A stretch of DNA of 64,000 nt from Callorhinchus milii (GCF_018977255.1 NW_024704742.1:94428001-94492000); one strand, 5' to 3'. Counted from the stretch's first letter, positions 11,995 through 25,419 are shown. Notes: generated by a model not told the origin, from the sequence alone. Numbers and translations: made by a program.

Positions 11995-12750
11995 AGAGAG
12001 GTTCAGATGAAGAAGGCCCTTCAGCCTATTTGATCTAATCCTTCTAGAATATCCTCCCAACAGTCCTCCCATTGCAGCATCAAGTGGTTTCTTAAATAAG
12101 TTCTGGCCTCCATCACCATGATAACCCATTTTAACTGTTAATTACACTCTGTGGAATGAAATACTCTCTCACATTTCTTCTAAAAAAAAGGCCCTTCACA
12201 ACCCTTACCTGCTCCATTGCCCTGCTACTATCTTGGCGTATCTGAAAGTATAGTTCTAGGTTTATTTTCTCAGTCTCGTTTAGTATCTTATAGACATCTA
12301 TAAGGTCCCCTTTGAGATATGTCATTTCAAAATTGAAGAGCCCTCTCTTACCTAATCGTTCTTTATAATTCATTTCTCAAACACTGGGGATTATTCTCAA
12401 TGCTCTCCTTCGCACTGGCTCCAAGGCCTAGGCAACACCACTGTGTCATGGAGACCGGAACTGGATGCAGGCTGACCAGAGCCCTGTACAGTTCGAGGGT
12501 GGCTTTTGGGGATCCGAACACAACTGATTTGGTAATGTAGCCTAGCATCCTGTTTGTCTTGCGTGTTGCTCACTCACTCTGTTTCGACATAGCGAGTGAC
12601 GAGTCAACTAACATGCAATGGTCTTTTTCAACTTCCCTGCTGGAAAATTATGTCCCATCTAAAGAATACATGCATCTCCCGTTTTTACTTCTGATTAGTC
12701 CTGTTAAAGTTAAGTGCAATACTCTTCATTGTTCTATATTGAATTTTGTT
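11995..12750 (-). mobile_element. CR1 LINE ORF2 3' fragment (degenerate)
   Basis: ORFs give MLGYITKSV..LELYRALV and YKERLGKRGLFNFE..KGDLIDVYKIL..QSVINS, typical of the CR1 RT C-terminus. Confidence 0.9.
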
Positions 12751-12911
12751 TTTTGATCAGCACAGGTACATTTAGGTCATCTTACTTCCATAATGGACAA
12801 ATGAGAAGCCCTGAATACAGTACAGGGTCAAAAGGATATTCAATATCTTCGATGAATATAAAAAGCAATACTGTCCACATCACGTTAAACACACACACAC
12901 GACAGATAATA

Positions 12912-13486
12912 CAGAGGAATCCGCTTTAGCTGGACACATCGATACAGACAGCGTGTCTCCTCTGCTGAGCGTCTCTTGCCTCCCATTGCCGTTCCCATTG
13001 GTAGAGAAGGGGACAATTAGTGGTGGCACCGGGAGGTGTCAATCACCTTGGAGCCGCCACCAATTGGTCCACCCCCCGCCCCGTCCACCGGGTGCAGTCA
13101 CTGCCATCCCCAGAGCGAATGGATGGAGTCCGCTGTCAATCAATCGCAAATTGACTCCTCCCATTTCCATTCTCTCCCTTGTTTCTTCCCGGTATCTCCG
13201 CCATCACTCATTGACAGTCAGTGACAGCTTGTGAATGGCTGGAGTCCGCTGTCAATCGCAACGTGAATCCTCCCATCTCCATACCAGAGTCACTCGTGGC
13301 TGAATGGAGCCGCTTGAGATACAGAAGTGACCAGCGCGGCATTTTGCCCGTATTAACCGGATGTTTGTCCGAATTAACAGGCATGTTTAAAACAGGTAAA
13401 AATACAAATGAATCAGGCCAGGCATTTACATCCGATTTACCCGGTATCCTGGGTTAACCAATGACCGGCTAAAGCAGATTCAACTG
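12912..13486. mobile_element. Tigger/pogo-like MITE with internal direct repeats
   Basis: TA|CAGAGGAATCCGCTTTAGCTGG ... CCGGCTAAAGCAGATTCAACTG|TA: TIRs 18/22 identical, TA duplication intact. Confidence 0.85.
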
Positions 13487-14074
13487 TATAAAGGAGGCAA
13501 TCCTTCAATTGATAACTTTAAATTGTACAACATATTCAAGGTTTGCTCTCAGTTACAACTTCTGTTGCCCTGAGATCTTACACTGCCTTTCCATCAATTT
13601 CAATTAAAAGTCAATGATATTCAAAATGATAATCTGCTTTTTGTTAGTCAGCCAAGTGTTTAAACAGACGTGGACACCCTTTGGTGTGCTTAAGATCGAA
13701 ACCAGATCTTCATATGTATACCACCTACAAAGAGGTATATTTGTCTAGAATGGAATGTGCACTCTGCCTGGAAGGACACACCCTGCTTATCTGATCCAGA
13801 AAAATATTTGGCATAGATTGACAAGAGTCAAGGCTTGGGAACCCGATAGTGTGAGTTGGGATACTGCTGGAGTTCAACCAGCTAAAACCACATAGAGAAC
13901 CATGGAGAACACTGTCTGGCAAGCTTCCTGCTGCTCACCCAGCTTGGACCACCCTACCAGTTAAGGTTTTGGGTTGCAGGATTAACAGGAGCCGAGCGGC
14001 AAAAGGTGGTGTCCACCTCAACCCCCAGAAACCGATAAGAAATAAATTGTTCAGACAGATGTCCCTTGGAAATC

Positions 14075-14226
14075 CCTTACACCACACCTCTGTTTCACAC
14101 TCAATTTGCCCTTAAGTACCATCTTAAGACTTATTTCAACGCCGCCTATTGTCATGCCTATGATTTAAATGCTCTGAGGCGCTACAGTGTGAACAAGGCT
14201 GCATAAATGCAAACTGTTGTTGTTGT
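14075..14226 (+). mobile_element. Old L2 3' fragment
   Basis: CATCTTAAGACTTATTTCAAC..GCCTAT..ATAAATGCAAACTGTTGTTGTTG tail. Confidence 0.55.
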
Positions 14227-15452
14227 CACTTCTCCCTTCCCCCTCTCCTCTGCTTGGCAGTGCTTGGAATCACTGTAAAGCACTCCCAGATGTTACCCTA
14301 TGTCAAGGACGCTATATAAATACAAGATGTTATTGCAAATTACACTTTCAATGCAGTTAATACATGATATTGGTTGGTATCAAGATGGAGTGGAAAAGAA
14401 AAATAATCTCAACATCAGTGTTTCTATCTGAAACACTGTCCTGCTTTTACAGGTATTGGAATCAGTGAGATTCCTCAATAGTTCTTGGTCTCACAAAGGT
14501 ACCTTTATTGTAGATAGATACCTTTGCTAAGAAAAAAATTAACAGGATTGCTGAAACTTTTACCAACTCTCAGAACGGAAGTAAATTGTTGGCTCTTTGT
14601 GAGTGATTGCATTTCGCCCTTCATGTGTAACAAAGTTCAGACCTGTCATGATTACTTATTAGGGGGATAGGTGGAGGGGAGAAAGGAAGAAGGAAGACAA
14701 ATTACAGAAACTTAGCATTTCATATGCATGATTCAGACATCACCTTTAAACCTTCTGAATCTCTTTTGGCTGCTAGCCTGCACATTAATCTCACCCTTAA
14801 TTACGTGACTCAACAAATCAACTTTGTAGCAGGTCTCCGCTCTGCAATCAGGCTAATCTACAACCACAGGCGTATGCTCAATAGAAATAAGCTAGATTTT
14901 CGCCTTCTCCCACATCCTCCTTTGGAAAAGCACTGCACATTCTGACCTGAAACAATTTCCTGAAATGTCAATTTCGTGCAATGAAGATTGGTTCGGGTAA
15001 ATAAAACAACATACTGTGAGTTGAAAGATAAAGTATATACAGTGGAGGCACTCCAGTTGTGTGGAGACACAGGAAAGTCTAACTAAGTGTGAAACGAGTC
15101 ACACACACATAACCCAGATAAACATAAAACGACCTCATTCACTCAAGCATGGGAAAGATCCTGGTCTACTTCAAAAATACATTGTGGGTCAGTCACTTTG
15201 TGTTCATTTTATTTAGGACATTACTGTATGCAAATAAACCGAGTCAGATTTCCGCATCTGCTTTGTAATGTCCATAACATTTATTTTCCTTGGTTTGCAT
15301 CAGGACTTTTGATTACAGCGACTAACCATTTGTCATCCAGCCAAAGGCAGATCACAACAAATTTTAATGGGCTTCCAAAGGCAAAATGAGGGTACAAAAA
15401 AATGTTTATCTTTCTCTACTTCCTGTCTCACAGCTGCTGTATTGTGAGACAA

Positions 15453-15825
15453 AATAATATGATCCATACATTTGATATAGCGCCTTATCACGTCTTCAAG
15501 ACGTCTCAAAGCGCTTCATAGAATATACTGTAAAGTGAATTGACTGTATACTTTGTGGGCGAAACACGGCAGCCAATTGTGCACAGCAGTGTCCCACAAC
15601 CATTCGTGGATTGAGTGACCGATTTATTATTACTATTTTTTGAAGGAATTATTACTCCTGGAAAAGCGATCCATCAATCGACTAACAACCAGGTTCCTAC
15701 TTAATGCTAGGTAAACAGATTCGTGTGGAGTAAGGAAACTTGCCCAACATTTCACCCTCTCGGGAATTGAACCCAGGTCTCTCGCTTGCGAGGCGAGTGC
15801 TCTAACCACTGAGCTACAGAATTCC
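15453..15825 (-). mobile_element. tRNA/Deu SINE, long form
   Basis: Full head, extra CTGTTTACCTAGC..GGAACC..GATCGCTTTTCC segment, Deu core and tail. Confidence 0.93.
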
Positions 15826-15829
15826 ATAA

Positions 15830-16098
15830 GAACATTTAAACCAATGCCCTGTTTGCCTGTTCAGGTGGATGTTAAAAATTCCACAGAACTATTCAAAATG
15901 AGAGAGGAGTTTCTACTGGTGTCCTGAAATTGGTCATTCACTTCATGGCTGTTTGTGAGATATTGCTGGGCGCAAATTGGCTGCCGTGTACACCCATAAA
16001 ACACGATTACTACCCTTTACAGTACATTCAGTAAAGTGCTTTGAGACGCCCTCCCAAAACGAAGGACACCATACACCATGTAACAATTATTATTATTA
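15830..16098 (+). mobile_element. Old Deu SINE 3' portion
   Basis: GCCTGTTCAGGTGGATGTTAAAAATTCC..GCTGTTTGTGAGATATTGCTGGGCGCAAATTGGCTGCCG. Confidence 0.7.
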
Positions 16099-16689
16099 CT
16101 GAGTTCCTGATCCATATAAAGAGGTCCACTTTAACCCCTTTAGAAAATAATCTCGAGTCTAAACAATTCTTTGAATGAATATGGAACCACAAGTTCAAAA
16201 AATCTTCCTCACCACTGACACAGTAACTCAAAGCAAACCCACTGCTCCTTCGAATCAACATTTCCTTCGGAAAGCTGAATAGTTATCCAGGGCAGCTTTT
16301 CAGATTTGAACAGGATTTCCAGGGAATCTCTGGAGCAACACTTAAATTTACTGAAACTGTCAGCTTAGCCCGATTGACCTGGGTTCACAGCTACGGATAT
16401 CCACACAAGAGCAGTTGCAGCTCAGCTGCAGGGCCATGGGAACATGTGAAGCAGAGAGGATGGCGCTTCCGCAGGGGAAAGGGCGGAGAGGAACAGAAAA
16501 AATAATCTCAATGTCAAACTAAGACATTCTTGTGCATCCCTGAGCAACGTGTTCCAGCACATCACGGTCAAAAGTCTGGGGCACACTGTTAATCAGTGTA
16601 AATTCAGCAGGAACAGGGGCCGTATCCCGAAGTTTGTGCTCAGAAGTTCACATTCACAGATTTCCATTTGGAGTCCAGTATTTCAATCA

Positions 16690-16870
16690 ATCTAGAATGA
16701 AAGCGTGCATAGATATATATTTGGGATAGACATTTGGGGAGGCCAAATTTTCAAGCTATGGGGAGAGCGCGAGGTTGTGGGATTAATTTGGACAATTCTT
16801 TGAAAGAGCCGGCACGGACACGATGGGCTGACAGGCCTCCTTCTGTGCTATATGATTCTATGATTCTATA
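16690..16870 (+). mobile_element. CR1 3' end
   Basis: GAGCCGGCACGGACACGATGGGCTG..GGCCTCCTTCTGTGCT and (TATGATTC)n tail. Confidence 0.75.
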
Positions 16871-17714
16871 TTGAAGAGCACAAATGAGGAGCAATGCGCC
16901 TCAATGCCTCGTTAATTAAAAATTGATTGGAAGTATTTCAATTAATTATAGCGCTTGCGATGCTCGGAAACAAACAGCTTTTGGAACAATACCAGAGTTA
17001 GACTTTCCCTCAGGTATTCCATCTATACGGTCAGCTAGAGGAGTCTAATTATTGTTTAATTTTCCTTCTTGTGCCAATTGCAGCTCTTATTTTCCTGCAG
17101 GGGCTACTTATGGTGGAGCTTAATTCTACAGGTACTGACTGATATCGTGGGTGTCTAATGGTTACGTGCCTGTGCAATGCACACTGAGGACCAAGTCACA
17201 TCCTGTCCTCGTCACATGCTTCACATGCTTGTGTGCACTTTCCAGCAGAGATTATCAGATAGCGATCAGGACCTGGAGTCCTTGCTTATTGTTTTCTCCT
17301 CCCTAGTTTAGAGATGCTAACGGCAATTGGCATTTCCCTAGTTACCCCAACTACCATCAGCACAGATCATGTGTCAAAGCTAGGACTTTTCTGTGTGGCT
17401 CAGTTCTGCACAGGACACGGTCTATGTCAATCCAAGCCATTAGTTTCAATTCCTAGAATAATAAAAATAACAGTTCTTGTTTTCTATAAAGCAACTTTCA
17501 CATGGGGAGGACATCCGAAAGCGCTTCACAGGATTTAATGTACGGTTTAGAGACTGTATTTTGTAGGTTAATGTGGCAGCCAACTTGCGCACAGATATCA
17601 GTATGCCCAGTGGGTTATATGATGTGGCCTCAAGTCTTGCAAGCTAAGATGGTGCCTTGGTCACAGATGAACTGGCTGGGGTCAGCCACGACAGTAGAGA
17701 GAGCACTGCATTTT

Positions 17715-17818
17715 GTTTTGCCCACAGTCAATTCACTTATTTTCTGCAGCGCTTTGAGACGTCTGGAGGACGTGATAAGGTGTTATATCAAATGCAAGGA
17801 TTATTATTATTATTATTA
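17715..17818 (+). mobile_element. SINE tail fragment
   Basis: GCGCTTTGAGACGTCTGGAGGACGTG..ATCAAATGCAAGG(ATT)n. Confidence 0.8.
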
Positions 17819-19065
17819 CATCTGGCCTCAGGGTCCCAGTGCGAGCCAGTGTTTTGGCTCCGAATTGCTACCCAGCTGGAAAGTGAGTGTTCCTGTGTAG
17901 AGAATGTTCAAGGAAAAAAAAAGTCTCAGCTAAGATTCTTCACATCACCTGCACTCAACATCTCGGCTCTTGAATGGCAGCAATTTGGGCAAAGTGCCTG
18001 ACAGCACAATTTACGGTTATATAGCTCCTTTGGCGTCAAGAAGATGTCTCCAAGAGCTTGACAATGCTAACTGGACACCCAAGCTAGGAGTACGGGCCAA
18101 TGGGTGGGGTGGGGTGGGAGGAAAGATGACCAAAAGCATGGTCAAAAAGGTATGTTATGAATCAGTCCCATACAAAGATATACTTTTCTTCTGCTCTTTT
18201 CTCTGACAGGCACTTAACTCAGACATCTGTGTTTTATGTGGAGAGAAAGACAGACCAAGATGATGGCTCAATCAGTCCAGATTGACCTTTATTCCTTAGC
18301 AATTGATAGCCATGAAAATTTGGGGTAATTCTTAAATTTAATAATAGTAATAAATTGCATATGGTATAGTTCCTTTTTATGTGTGTGTGTTTGGGGGTGG
18401 GGGGGGAAGGGGGGGAGGTGGTATGTTGGCCAGGACACTGGGAAAAACTCCCCTCTCTAATTCATTTCAAATAGGGCATGCAAATTCCAAGAACTCTGCA
18501 CCCAAGTAGAATTTCGTCATCTGGTGATCATGTTTAAAAGGGATATGGGTTGTAGTGGGAAAAATATTCACGTGCTAAGATTCATAAAATTCATAATGCG
18601 GCACAACTTACGCGTCAAAAGTTAATTAACCTGCTCATAAACGGTGAGAACCCCGAACACGGTTTTCATAATTATTTTCATTATTATTTGCAAATAAATA
18701 ATAAGTTGGTACATTCAATAAAACAAGAAACACAGGCCTCAGGCACTGAAAAAAGCAGTGGATGCAGAATGGCAGCTTTTATAAACATTGAAAACACTTC
18801 TGACCTTTCATTGGACACTTTGAAATAGTCATAAACGTACAGTAGTAAATCTGCTGCTAAATGACAGCATTGAGGACAGACACATCGTTATTTTCATCAG
18901 TTTGTCTGTCACCAGTTTCATTTGCTGAATACAATGTTCTGGATCAGGAGTGAAATTGAACCCTGTCACGCGATGTCACGCTACAAAATCCATGCAAATC
19001 ATGGCTTCATATTGAAATTTTCCACCTGCTGATCAGAAGCATTGTTGCCGCTTCACCTGCCCATC

Positions 19066-19455
19066 ACATAGGAACATAGTGAATTAGAAGCAGGAATAGG
19101 CCATCCGGCCCCTCGAGCCTGCCCCGCCATTCAATAAGGTCATGGTTGATCTTCTAACCTAACGCCATCTGCCCGCCTTATCCCCATATCCCTTAATCCC
19201 TCTATCCTTTAGAAATCTATCAATCTCAGTCTTGAAGATGTTCAAGGACTGAGCATCTACAGCCTTCTGGGGTAGAGAATTCCACAAATTCACTACCCTC
19301 TGAGTGAAGAAGTGTTTCCTCAACTCTGTTCGAAAGGACTGTCCCTTAATCTTAAGACTGTGACCCCTAGTTATAGATTCTCCTACCAGGGGAAACAGTC
19401 TCGCACTGTCTACTCTGTCAAACCCCATAAGATTCTTATATATTTCTATAAGATC
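19066..19455 (-). mobile_element. CR1 LINE 3' end with open RT C-terminus
   Basis: ORF 19159..19428 GFDRVDSARLFPLVGESITRGHSLKIKG..FFTQRVVNLWNSLPQKAV..FKTEIDRFL, then 3'UTR and TATGTTCC-type tail. Confidence 0.95.
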
Positions 19456-20899
19456 ATCGTTTGTTCAACATTCTAAATGATTGTGAATGAAACATTAACA
19501 AACGACAACAATGCCGACGACGATAACTTGCACTTGTACAGCAGCCTTTCAATATCTTGTGATGTCCTCCCGATGTGAAAGGCGCTATATGAAACCAATT
19601 TGTTGTTCATGCAGGATAGAGTCTCAGAGTGTGGAGATGCCGGTGGAATCATTCTTCAAGTCTGTGCGACCAACATTTTTTGCGCAGAATAGAAGCTGCA
19701 TCAACATCACTTTAAACTCGGAAAAAAAGGAAAGTAAAGAAACTGCTGAGGAATTATGAAAACTATTTTGGAAAAAACCTCAGAAAGATGCAAATATACT
19801 TTCCCCAGGTTTTCATAGTCCATGGCAATTTATCGCACTTGGCTTAAAAACATGTGTATATAGCAAATGAATGAACTTGCATTGCATTTACTCATTTACT
19901 TACAAATAGCAAGATTTTTTTTACATCATAAATATTTCAACATCTACAAGTAATATTTTGCATATAAATAGATTAGTTTAAAATTCACCAATGCAGCTGC
20001 TCAAGCTTCACTAAAAAAGGAAATATTCATAAATAATATTCAATTCATACTCCCTGCATTTCCAAGTAGCAGTATTGGCGTACTTTTGTTTTATTCTAAT
20101 TGAAATTGTCTTTAATTGTATTTTAATCATTTTATTTAATATTTAATAATTATTTTGTATTTAAATTGTTTTAATTGTAAAGCGTTCGACAGAAAAGCAC
20201 TAGAAAATGTGCCGATATTTGAACTCCAGAGAATCGCTGTAACATTTATGCATTTTGTTCAAAAATAAATTAGAGGTCTAAGAGTTCATTCTCTTCAAAC
20301 AAAGCACATTAAAATCTACATCAGTGCCAAGCTCCTGAAGCCTATATTGCTTAGTACCACATAAATGCAGGTTGATGTTGAAATATTTAAAACGTTAAGA
20401 CTATTAAAGTAGGATTTCAGAAATGGATTTGTTGAGAAAACAATTTTCCTTGGCATCTTCTCAAAGATTTTTTTTTAATGGTATATCACTGTGCCAATAT
20501 TCACTTTTGCCCTATTACATGGAGATATCTGACACATGCCATTGTTCGAAGGACGCACACAGCAAATGTTATGTTGTCACAGCAAAAGAGAAAGAGAGAA
20601 ATCCCTTTTGGATTCAATGCTGCAAATTTTAGTTGAGTGGACATTCTGGTTCTTCTCTGTTCAATCTCTAGAATGCATTACCGCAAGATGCAATGGAAGG
20701 AAAATAAAGCGCAGTTGCCAGTGCCACCCACACAGCCGTCAATTCAGTCACATCAACAAGTAAAACAAAGTGGTTGCTGTGAAACCTTGCCCGCCCCTTG
20801 CTTCCCGAAACCCAGCTACCAAAAGGAAGTAAGAAACTGGTCTTACAGAGACAGCACAACACACACACTTGCAAAATACAAGGATAATCCATGAAGACA

Positions 20900-21862
20900 T
20901 TCATAGAATCACAGAATATTACAGCACGCAAGGAGGCCATTCGGCCCATCGTGCCTGTGCCAGCTCTTTGGAGGAGATACCGAATCAGTCCCATTCCCCC
21001 GCTCTTTCCACATATCCTGACAATATAGACCGTAACAACTCTCTGTGTAAAAAAAATTCTCCTCATCTCCCTTCTGGTTCTTTTGCCAATTATTTTAAAT
21101 CTATGTGCCATAGTTACTGACGCACCTGCCAGTGGAAACAGTTTCTCCCTATCTACTCTATCAAAACCCATTATAATTTTGAACATCTCTATTAAATCTC
21201 CCCGTAAAACTTCTCTGCTCTAAGGAGAATAATCCCAGTTTCTCTAGTCCCTCCACATAATTAAAGTCCCTCATCCATGGTATCATTCTGGTAAATCGCC
21301 TCTGCGCCCTCTTGAAGGCCTTGATATCCTTCCTAAGGGGTGCCCAGAATTGGACACAATAGAGGCCTATCCAATGATTTCTAAAGATTTAGCAGAACTT
21401 CTTTGCTTTTGTACTCTAAGCCTCTATTTATAAAGCCAAGGATCACATATGTTTTTTTTAACAGCTCTATCAAGCTGTCCTGCCACCTTCAAAGACCTGT
21501 GTATGTGAACCTCCAGATCTCTGCTCCTGAACCCCCATTAAAACTGTACCATTTATTGTTCATTGCCTCTCCTCATTCTTGCTCCCAAAATGCATCACCT
21601 CACCCTTCTCTGCATTAAGCTTCACCTGCCATGTGTCTGTCTGTGTCCTCCTGCAGTCTGCTACCATCCTCCTCGCTATTTACTACATCCCAAGTTTTGT
21701 GTCATCTTAAACTTTAAAATGTTGCTCTCTATACCCAAGTCCAAGTCATTTATGTATATCAATAAGTCCAGTGGACCTAATACCAACCCCTGAGGGACAC
21801 CACTGTACAGTTCCCTCCAGTCTGAAAATCAACCATTCACCACTACCTCTGCATTCTTCGAA
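20900..21862 (-). mobile_element. CR1 LINE 3' portion (~1 kb, degenerate)
   Basis: FKIIMGFDRVDREKLFPL..FFTQRVV; antisense of GVPQG.VLGP (GGTGTCCCTCAGGGGTTGGTATTAGG) near 21780-21805. Confidence 0.92.
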
Positions 21863-21869
21863 CACTTGT

Positions 21870-22185
21870 GGAGTCCTGTAGCTCAGTGCTTAGAGCACTC
21901 GCTTTGCAAGCGAGAGACCTGAGTTCAATTCCAGGCAGGGCGAAACCTTGGGCAAGTTTCCTTACTCCACACACCTAATAATAATCCCTCCAAAACCAAA
22001 AACAATAATAAATTGGTCATTTTCAATCTACGACTGTTTGTGGGACATTGCTGTGCGCAATTGGCTGCCGGGTTCGCCCATAAATATACAGTCAATTCAC
22101 TTTACAGTGTGTTCTGTGAAGCGCTTTGGGATGTCCTCCCGACGTGAAAAGCACTATATCAAATGCAAGGATTATTATTATTATT
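21870..22185 (+). mobile_element. Young full-length tRNA/Deu SINE, short form
   Basis: GGAGTCCTGTAGCTCAGTG..GAGTTCAATTCC head, Deu core, L2-type stem-loop tail and (ATT)n. Confidence 0.95.
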
Positions 22186-22204
22186 TGCTTTTTGTAAATT
22201 TGCT

Positions 22205-22217
22205 CCAGCAGATGGCA
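22205..22217 (+). promoter_or_regulatory. Candidate CTCF-binding motif
   Basis: CCAGCAGATGGCA fits the CTCF core consensus; motif only, no functional evidence. Confidence 0.3.
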
Positions 22218-23714
22218 AGGCCTCTTCTTTCTCTCTCCCTCCACCATCCACTTCCATGACAACCAACGGACAACAAGACAAACACTTAAAGTGAGAATAA
22301 AAGTGAGATTTGTTTTTCTGGAGTTTCAGTTTATTTTTAAAGATAATAGAACAAAGAGCAATAATGAAGTGGTAATTCTACTGATAGAACTAATAAAGCT
22401 AGGTAGAGCCTTTTTTTCCATATAAAAATACAATTTGGTGAAGCTTCCTAATCAATCGCCCGTATCAAATACAATTGCTAACCCGAGCAATGAACTTCCC
22501 TCGTGGCTGGCATTTTATGAGGCATGCTGTTTAAATTGCAGCTGCCGACAGCAGTTAATGAGCGTGCAATTTTTTTAAAACGTGGCCCATGAACGAATGT
22601 AAAAGGGCACGAACAAAACATTAGCCCGGGAATCATTTAATGCAAGCTGTGGGTTGATATTACAGCATGAATAATTCTCCCCTCTCCCTCCAAAACACGG
22701 CAAAATAATGAGCGACAACAATAAACCTAATTGCCTGGAGCAAGCAGTAAGTGGTGTGGGTACAGGCACCTTTTAGGATTGTACCTACGACCAGCGTAAT
22801 TTACTGCTGAATTAGTACACAATTGAATACTGTAACTCTACTGTACCAGTCCTGATTTTACCTGTAAATCCGACTTGCACCAGTCCTGACCTTCGAAAAG
22901 TGCAAGTGGAAGTAATGTTCTTATCTGATACAAACAGGGTGAAACCAACCATTCATTTCTCTCGAGCGATTCAGGGTCAGATTTTCGCACACTTCAAAAT
23001 ACAACCTAAAACCCCCGCTTTCAGGTGGGTGATGGCATCGGGAACAGAAAAGGCAGACTTGGGAATGTTGCAGTTATTATTTTAACCCTGCCTCTCAATG
23101 CAAGTCTTGCAAGTAGCAAAACTAAGCAAAAAGTGCCCATTCCATGAAATGACCTGCCTTATCTGACTATCAAATAGTGTAGCTATCGAGTGCCCACTAG
23201 AAGGAAGTGGAGAAGTGTTTCAGATATTAATGTTTAGTGTTTTCGCAATTCACTTGAATGCCATTCATTGTAATTCATAGCTTCACGACAAATCTCCCAC
23301 AGCAACCCAGCCCTATGCCCAGGGCGATAGCTCACCACAGAACACACTGGTGTCAATCGGCAAGTGAAGCTCCGTCAGCACAATCAGCTGAAAGGAAACC
23401 TGTACACTTGTGATTGATATCAGGAACCTGCGTTGCCTGTTTGACCCCCTCCTCCTCCCTGTCCCCGCCCCTGCCGCTCTCCCATTTGCCGGAAACGTTT
23501 TTTTAAAAAACTTTTAGCACAGAATAAAAATCTATTTAAACACCTAATATTATATCACTAAATTAATTTGCATAGCTTTACAGTAACTTTTTACTGGACA
23601 GATCTCCTTAATCGACATGTATATCTTTAAACAGATTCGGACCATAAAGTATCAGACCACTCTCTGCCACATATATATGTGTGGGTGTGTATATACCACA
23701 TACACACTCACACA

Positions 23715-23890
23715 GGAGTCCCATAGCATAGTGGTTAGCACACTCGCCTCGCAAGCGAGAGGATCCGGGTTCAATTCCCAGACCAGATGAAACCTTATGT
23801 AAATTTCTTTACTCCAAATGCATCTGTTTACCCAGCAGTAAATAGGAACCCGTTCGTTAGTAGATTAACTGATCACTTTCCAGGGGGTAA
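23715..23890 (+). mobile_element. SINE 5' half (tRNA head, long form)
   Basis: GGAGTCCCATAGCATAGTGGTTAG..GGGTTCAATTCCC; the Deu core is absent. Confidence 0.85.
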
Positions 23891-24078
23891 GGATTCTGCC
23901 AGTGTAGTTAGCAAGTGGTCTGGTCTTCGAGGATATTCCTTAACAAGAGGTTACACTGCTTGCTACCTATGAGTGTGGTTGCTCTTGTGGGCAGCAGCTT
24001 ATAAACTGTAAAGAAATTCATGCACCCAGGTTCCCAATTCATGCATTTGTGTATGTGTGGATGCTCACTTGGAGATGT

Positions 24079-24182
24079 TAATAATAATAATAATAATCCT
24101 TGCATTTGATTTAGCGCCTTATCACATCTTCGAGATGTCTTAAAGAGCTTCACAGAATATACTGCAAAGTGAATTGACTGTA
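24079..24182 (-). mobile_element. SINE tail fragment
   Basis: (AAT)nCCTTGCATTTGAT..GTGAATTGACTGTA. Confidence 0.85.
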
Positions 24183-24739
24183 GGTATGAAAAGTTGGACT
24201 GGCCCTGCAGCCTCTCCCAAGTCAGCACTTTCAGGAAGTAAAAGGAGAAGAAAAAAATCAGAAGGTGAAGTCAAGGTATGGCTTGAGTAGAATACGTTGG
24301 TTTTAATGTCAGTGGGACTGGTCTATCTCAGCATTAGGTGACATTTGCATTGTCCTCTCTTTTTACCCAGTCAGGGTGAGTGAGACTCTTCACAATGTGC
24401 AGGGACCACGTTCTCCCACTGTCGATACTGAGCGTTCCCAGCTTGGGCACAACGCAAATTCCAGACATGTGGACATTAGCTCTATAGCAACAGAATGCTT
24501 CAACTCCAAGTCTAACCTTAGAAAAGCATCTTTGCACATTCCCCCAACACCTTCACTGCTCTACTCTGAATATTTCTACTTACCCCATTACTCCCCTCAG
24601 AAACACTGCATTAAATTGTGACTGTGGGCCTCAGCCTGGCCCCAACCAAGAAGCAGGCAGCATCAGCTGCTCACACTCATTTCCCTGTGACCCTTATAAT
24701 CCAACCTAAATGGGAAACTTCACATCATGGGGTATCTTC

Positions 24740-25008
24740 TTCAATCTCTTCCAACCCTACTCTTCTGCTTGTCTCCTCCGCTCAGCGAACTCAGGCTAGC
24801 AGTTCATCTCCCCCTTCCCGCCACCATTGGTGCTCAAACCTTCAGTTTCCACCCTAACCTCTGGAACTCCTTCCCTCTATCAATCCATCCACCTTCCATT
24901 CTCTTTCCTTCTAACAGCCATCTCAAATCCTACCTGTTTGAATGAACCTATGGTCACCTCCCACTCCCTGGTTTGGTGTTCAACCCCATCCCCATGAACT
25001 GCTCCAAG
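24740..25008 (+). mobile_element. Old L2 3' fragment
   Basis: Degenerate RPTIG..FS..P.LWNS.P..F..HLKSYLF segment. Confidence 0.7.
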
Positions 25009-25009
25009 A

Positions 25010-25332
25010 TAATAATAATAATAATCCTTGCATTTGATATAACGCTTTTCATGTCTTCTAGACGTCTCAAAGTGCTTCACAGAAATATGCTCTAAAGTGA
25101 ATTGACTGTATACTGTATACTTGTGGGCGAAACTCGGCAGCCAATTACGCACAGCAGTGTCCCACAAACACTCATGGATTGAAAATGACCAATTTATTAT
25201 TGTTTTGTTTTTTTGGAGGGATTTTAGGTGTGTGGAGTAAGGAAACTTGCCCAAGATTTCGCCCTGTCTGGAATTGAACCCAGGTGTCTCGCTTGCAAGG
25301 CGAGTGCCCTAACCACTGAGTTACAGGACTCC
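25010..25332 (-). mobile_element. tRNA/Deu SINE, short form
   Basis: Full head, core and tail. Confidence 0.93.
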
Positions 25333-25419
25333 AAGATGTTACCGACATGAAGGACGCTAGTAGATATTGTTGGTCTGCATTTGAACCAGGATGCCAGAGG
25401 TTATGGAAAAACTTACCAA

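Noticed and set aside
13640..14040. Possible RTE-type LINE remnant (also ~43070-43195 and 45060-45200)
   Set aside because: Only vague motif similarity; cannot be supported without an HMM search.
21870..21945. tRNA-Ala(TGC)-like gene (and similar heads of other SINEs)
   Set aside because: No proper acceptor stem or terminator; always joined to the Deu core and tail, so these are SINE heads, not tRNA genes.
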